From assembly GCF_963921235.1 (NCBI RefSeq), contig NC_086097.1:82090001-82154000 (forward strand): a stretch of DNA of 64,000 nucleotides. The letters are read 5' to 3'. The position numbers were made by a program, and so were the translations under genes. Source of the DNA: Mobula hypostoma (taxonomy: Eukaryota). The first letter of the stretch is position 1; every line of letters begins with the position of its first letter. A model generated the notes under the pieces. That model saw only the letters and a list, made by a program, of their open reading frames with translations. It had not been told where the DNA came from and did no database searches. Below are positions 62,329 to 64,000 of this stretch, in pieces.

Positions 62329-64000
62329 AATAGAAACATAGAAACATAGAAAATAGGTGCAGGAGTAGGCCATTCGGCCCTTCGAGCCTGCACCGCCATT
62401 TATTATGATCATGGCTGATCATCCAACTCAGAACCCCGCCCCAGCCTTCCCTCCATACCCCCTGACCCCCGTAGCCACAAGGGCCATATCTAACTCCCTC
62501 TTAAATATAGTCAATGAACTAGCCTCAACTGTTTCCTGGGGCAGAGAATTCCACAGATTCACCACTCTCTGTGTGAAGAAGTTTTTCCTAATCTCGGTCC
62601 TAAAAGGCTTCCCCTCTATCCTCAAACTGTGGCCCCTCGTTTTGGACTTCCCCAACATCGGGAACAATCTTCCTGTATCTAGCCTGTCCAATCCCTTTAG
62701 GATCTTATACGTTTCAATCAGATCCCCCCTCAATCTTCTAAATTCCAACGAGTACAAGCCCAGTTCATCCAGTCTTTCTTCATATGAAAGTCCTGCCATC
62801 CCAGGAATCAATCTGGTGAACCCTCCTTGTACTCCCTCTAAGGCAAGGATGTCTTTCCTCAGATTAGGGGACCAAAACTGCACACAATACTCCAGGTGTG
62901 GTCTCACCAAGGCCTTGTACAACTGCAGTAGTACCTCCCTGCTCCTGTACTCGAATCCTCTCGCTATAAATGCCAGCATACCATTCGCCTTTTTCACCGC
63001 CTGCTGTACCTGCATGCCCGCTTTCAATGACTGGTGTATAATGACACCCAGGTCTCATTGCACCTCCCCTTTTCCTAATCGGCCACCATTCAGATAATAA
63101 TCTGTTTTTCTATTTTTGCCACCAAAGTAGATAACTTCACATTTATCCACATTAAATTGCATCTGCCATGAATTTGCCCACTCACCCAACCTATCCAAGT
63201 CACCCTGCATCCTCTTAGCATCCTCCTCACAGCTAACACTGCCACCCAGCTTCGTGTCATCCGCAAACTTGGAGATGCTGCATTCAATTCCGTCATCCAA
63301 GTCATTAATATATATTGTAAACAACTGGGGTCCCAGCACTGAGCCTTGCGGTACCCCACTAGTCACCGCCTGCCATTCCGAAAAGGTCCCGTTTATTCCC
63401 ACTCTTTCCTTCCTGTCTGCTAACCAATTTTCCACCCACACCAATACCTTACCCCCAATACCGTGTGCTTTAAGTCTGCACACTAATCTCCTGTGTGGGA
63501 CCTTGTCAAAAGCCTTTTGAAAATCCAAATATACCACATCCACTGGTTCTCCCCTATCCACTCTACTAGTTACATCGTCAAAAAATTCTATGGGATTCGT
63601 CAGACATGATTTTCCTTTCACAAATCCATGCAGACTTTGTCCGATCATTTCACCGCTTTCCAAATGTGCTGTTATCACATCCTTGATAACTGACTCCAGC
63701 AGTTTCCCCACCACCGACGTTAGGCTAACCGGTCTATAATTCCCCGGTTTCTCTCTCCCTCCTTTTTTAAAAAGTGGAGTTACATTAGCCACCCTCCAAT
63801 CCTCAGGAACTAGTCCAGAATCTAACGAGTTTTGAAAAATTATCACTAATGCATCCACTATTTCTTGGGCTACTTCCTTAAGCACTCTAGGATGCAGAGC
63901 ATCTGGCCCTGGGGATTTATCTGCCTTCAATCCCTTCAATTTACCTAACACCACTTTCCTACTAACATATATTTCGCTCAGTTCCTCCATCTCACTGGAC
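62329..64000 (-). mobile_element. Young CR1 LINE RT and 3' end (continues beyond the window)
   Basis: 311-aa and 199-aa open RT stretches separated by one frameshift; (ATAGAAAC)n tail. Confidence 0.96.

Noticed and set aside
62405..63520. Long plus-strand ORFs (230 aa and 88 aa) and similar ORFs opposite other LINEs
   Set aside because: Antisense shadows of CR1 or Rex1 RT coding sequence.

Overview
Eukaryotic (vertebrate) genomic DNA, most likely a cartilaginous fish (inferred from dense CR1 LINEs, HE1/V-SINE-like SINEs, Rex1/Babar LINEs and Penelope fragments). The window lies inside one protein-coding gene on the minus strand, FNTB (protein farnesyltransferase beta subunit). Seven internal exons were read directly from the sequence, all with GT-AG boundaries and a continuous frame (65, 73, 92, 147, 84, 87 and 130 nt; equivalent to human exons 2-8 as recalled). 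Exon 1 and exons 9 onward are not in the window. Nearly all ORFs in the supplied track are transposon debris or antisense shadows. The introns hold CR1, Rex1-like, L1 and Tx1 LINE remnants, two Tc1 elements, several solo LTRs and SINEs. The most interesting layer is a set of short Penelope-like (PLE) insertions carrying minimal hammerhead ribozyme motifs (CTGAYGA...GAAACGTC). Several have 11-15 bp target-site duplications and inverted or palindromic architectures, and one has captured an inverted copy of nearby genomic DNA. One intact hammerhead core lies on the FNTB sense strand. I found no evidence of a wholly new protein-coding system.
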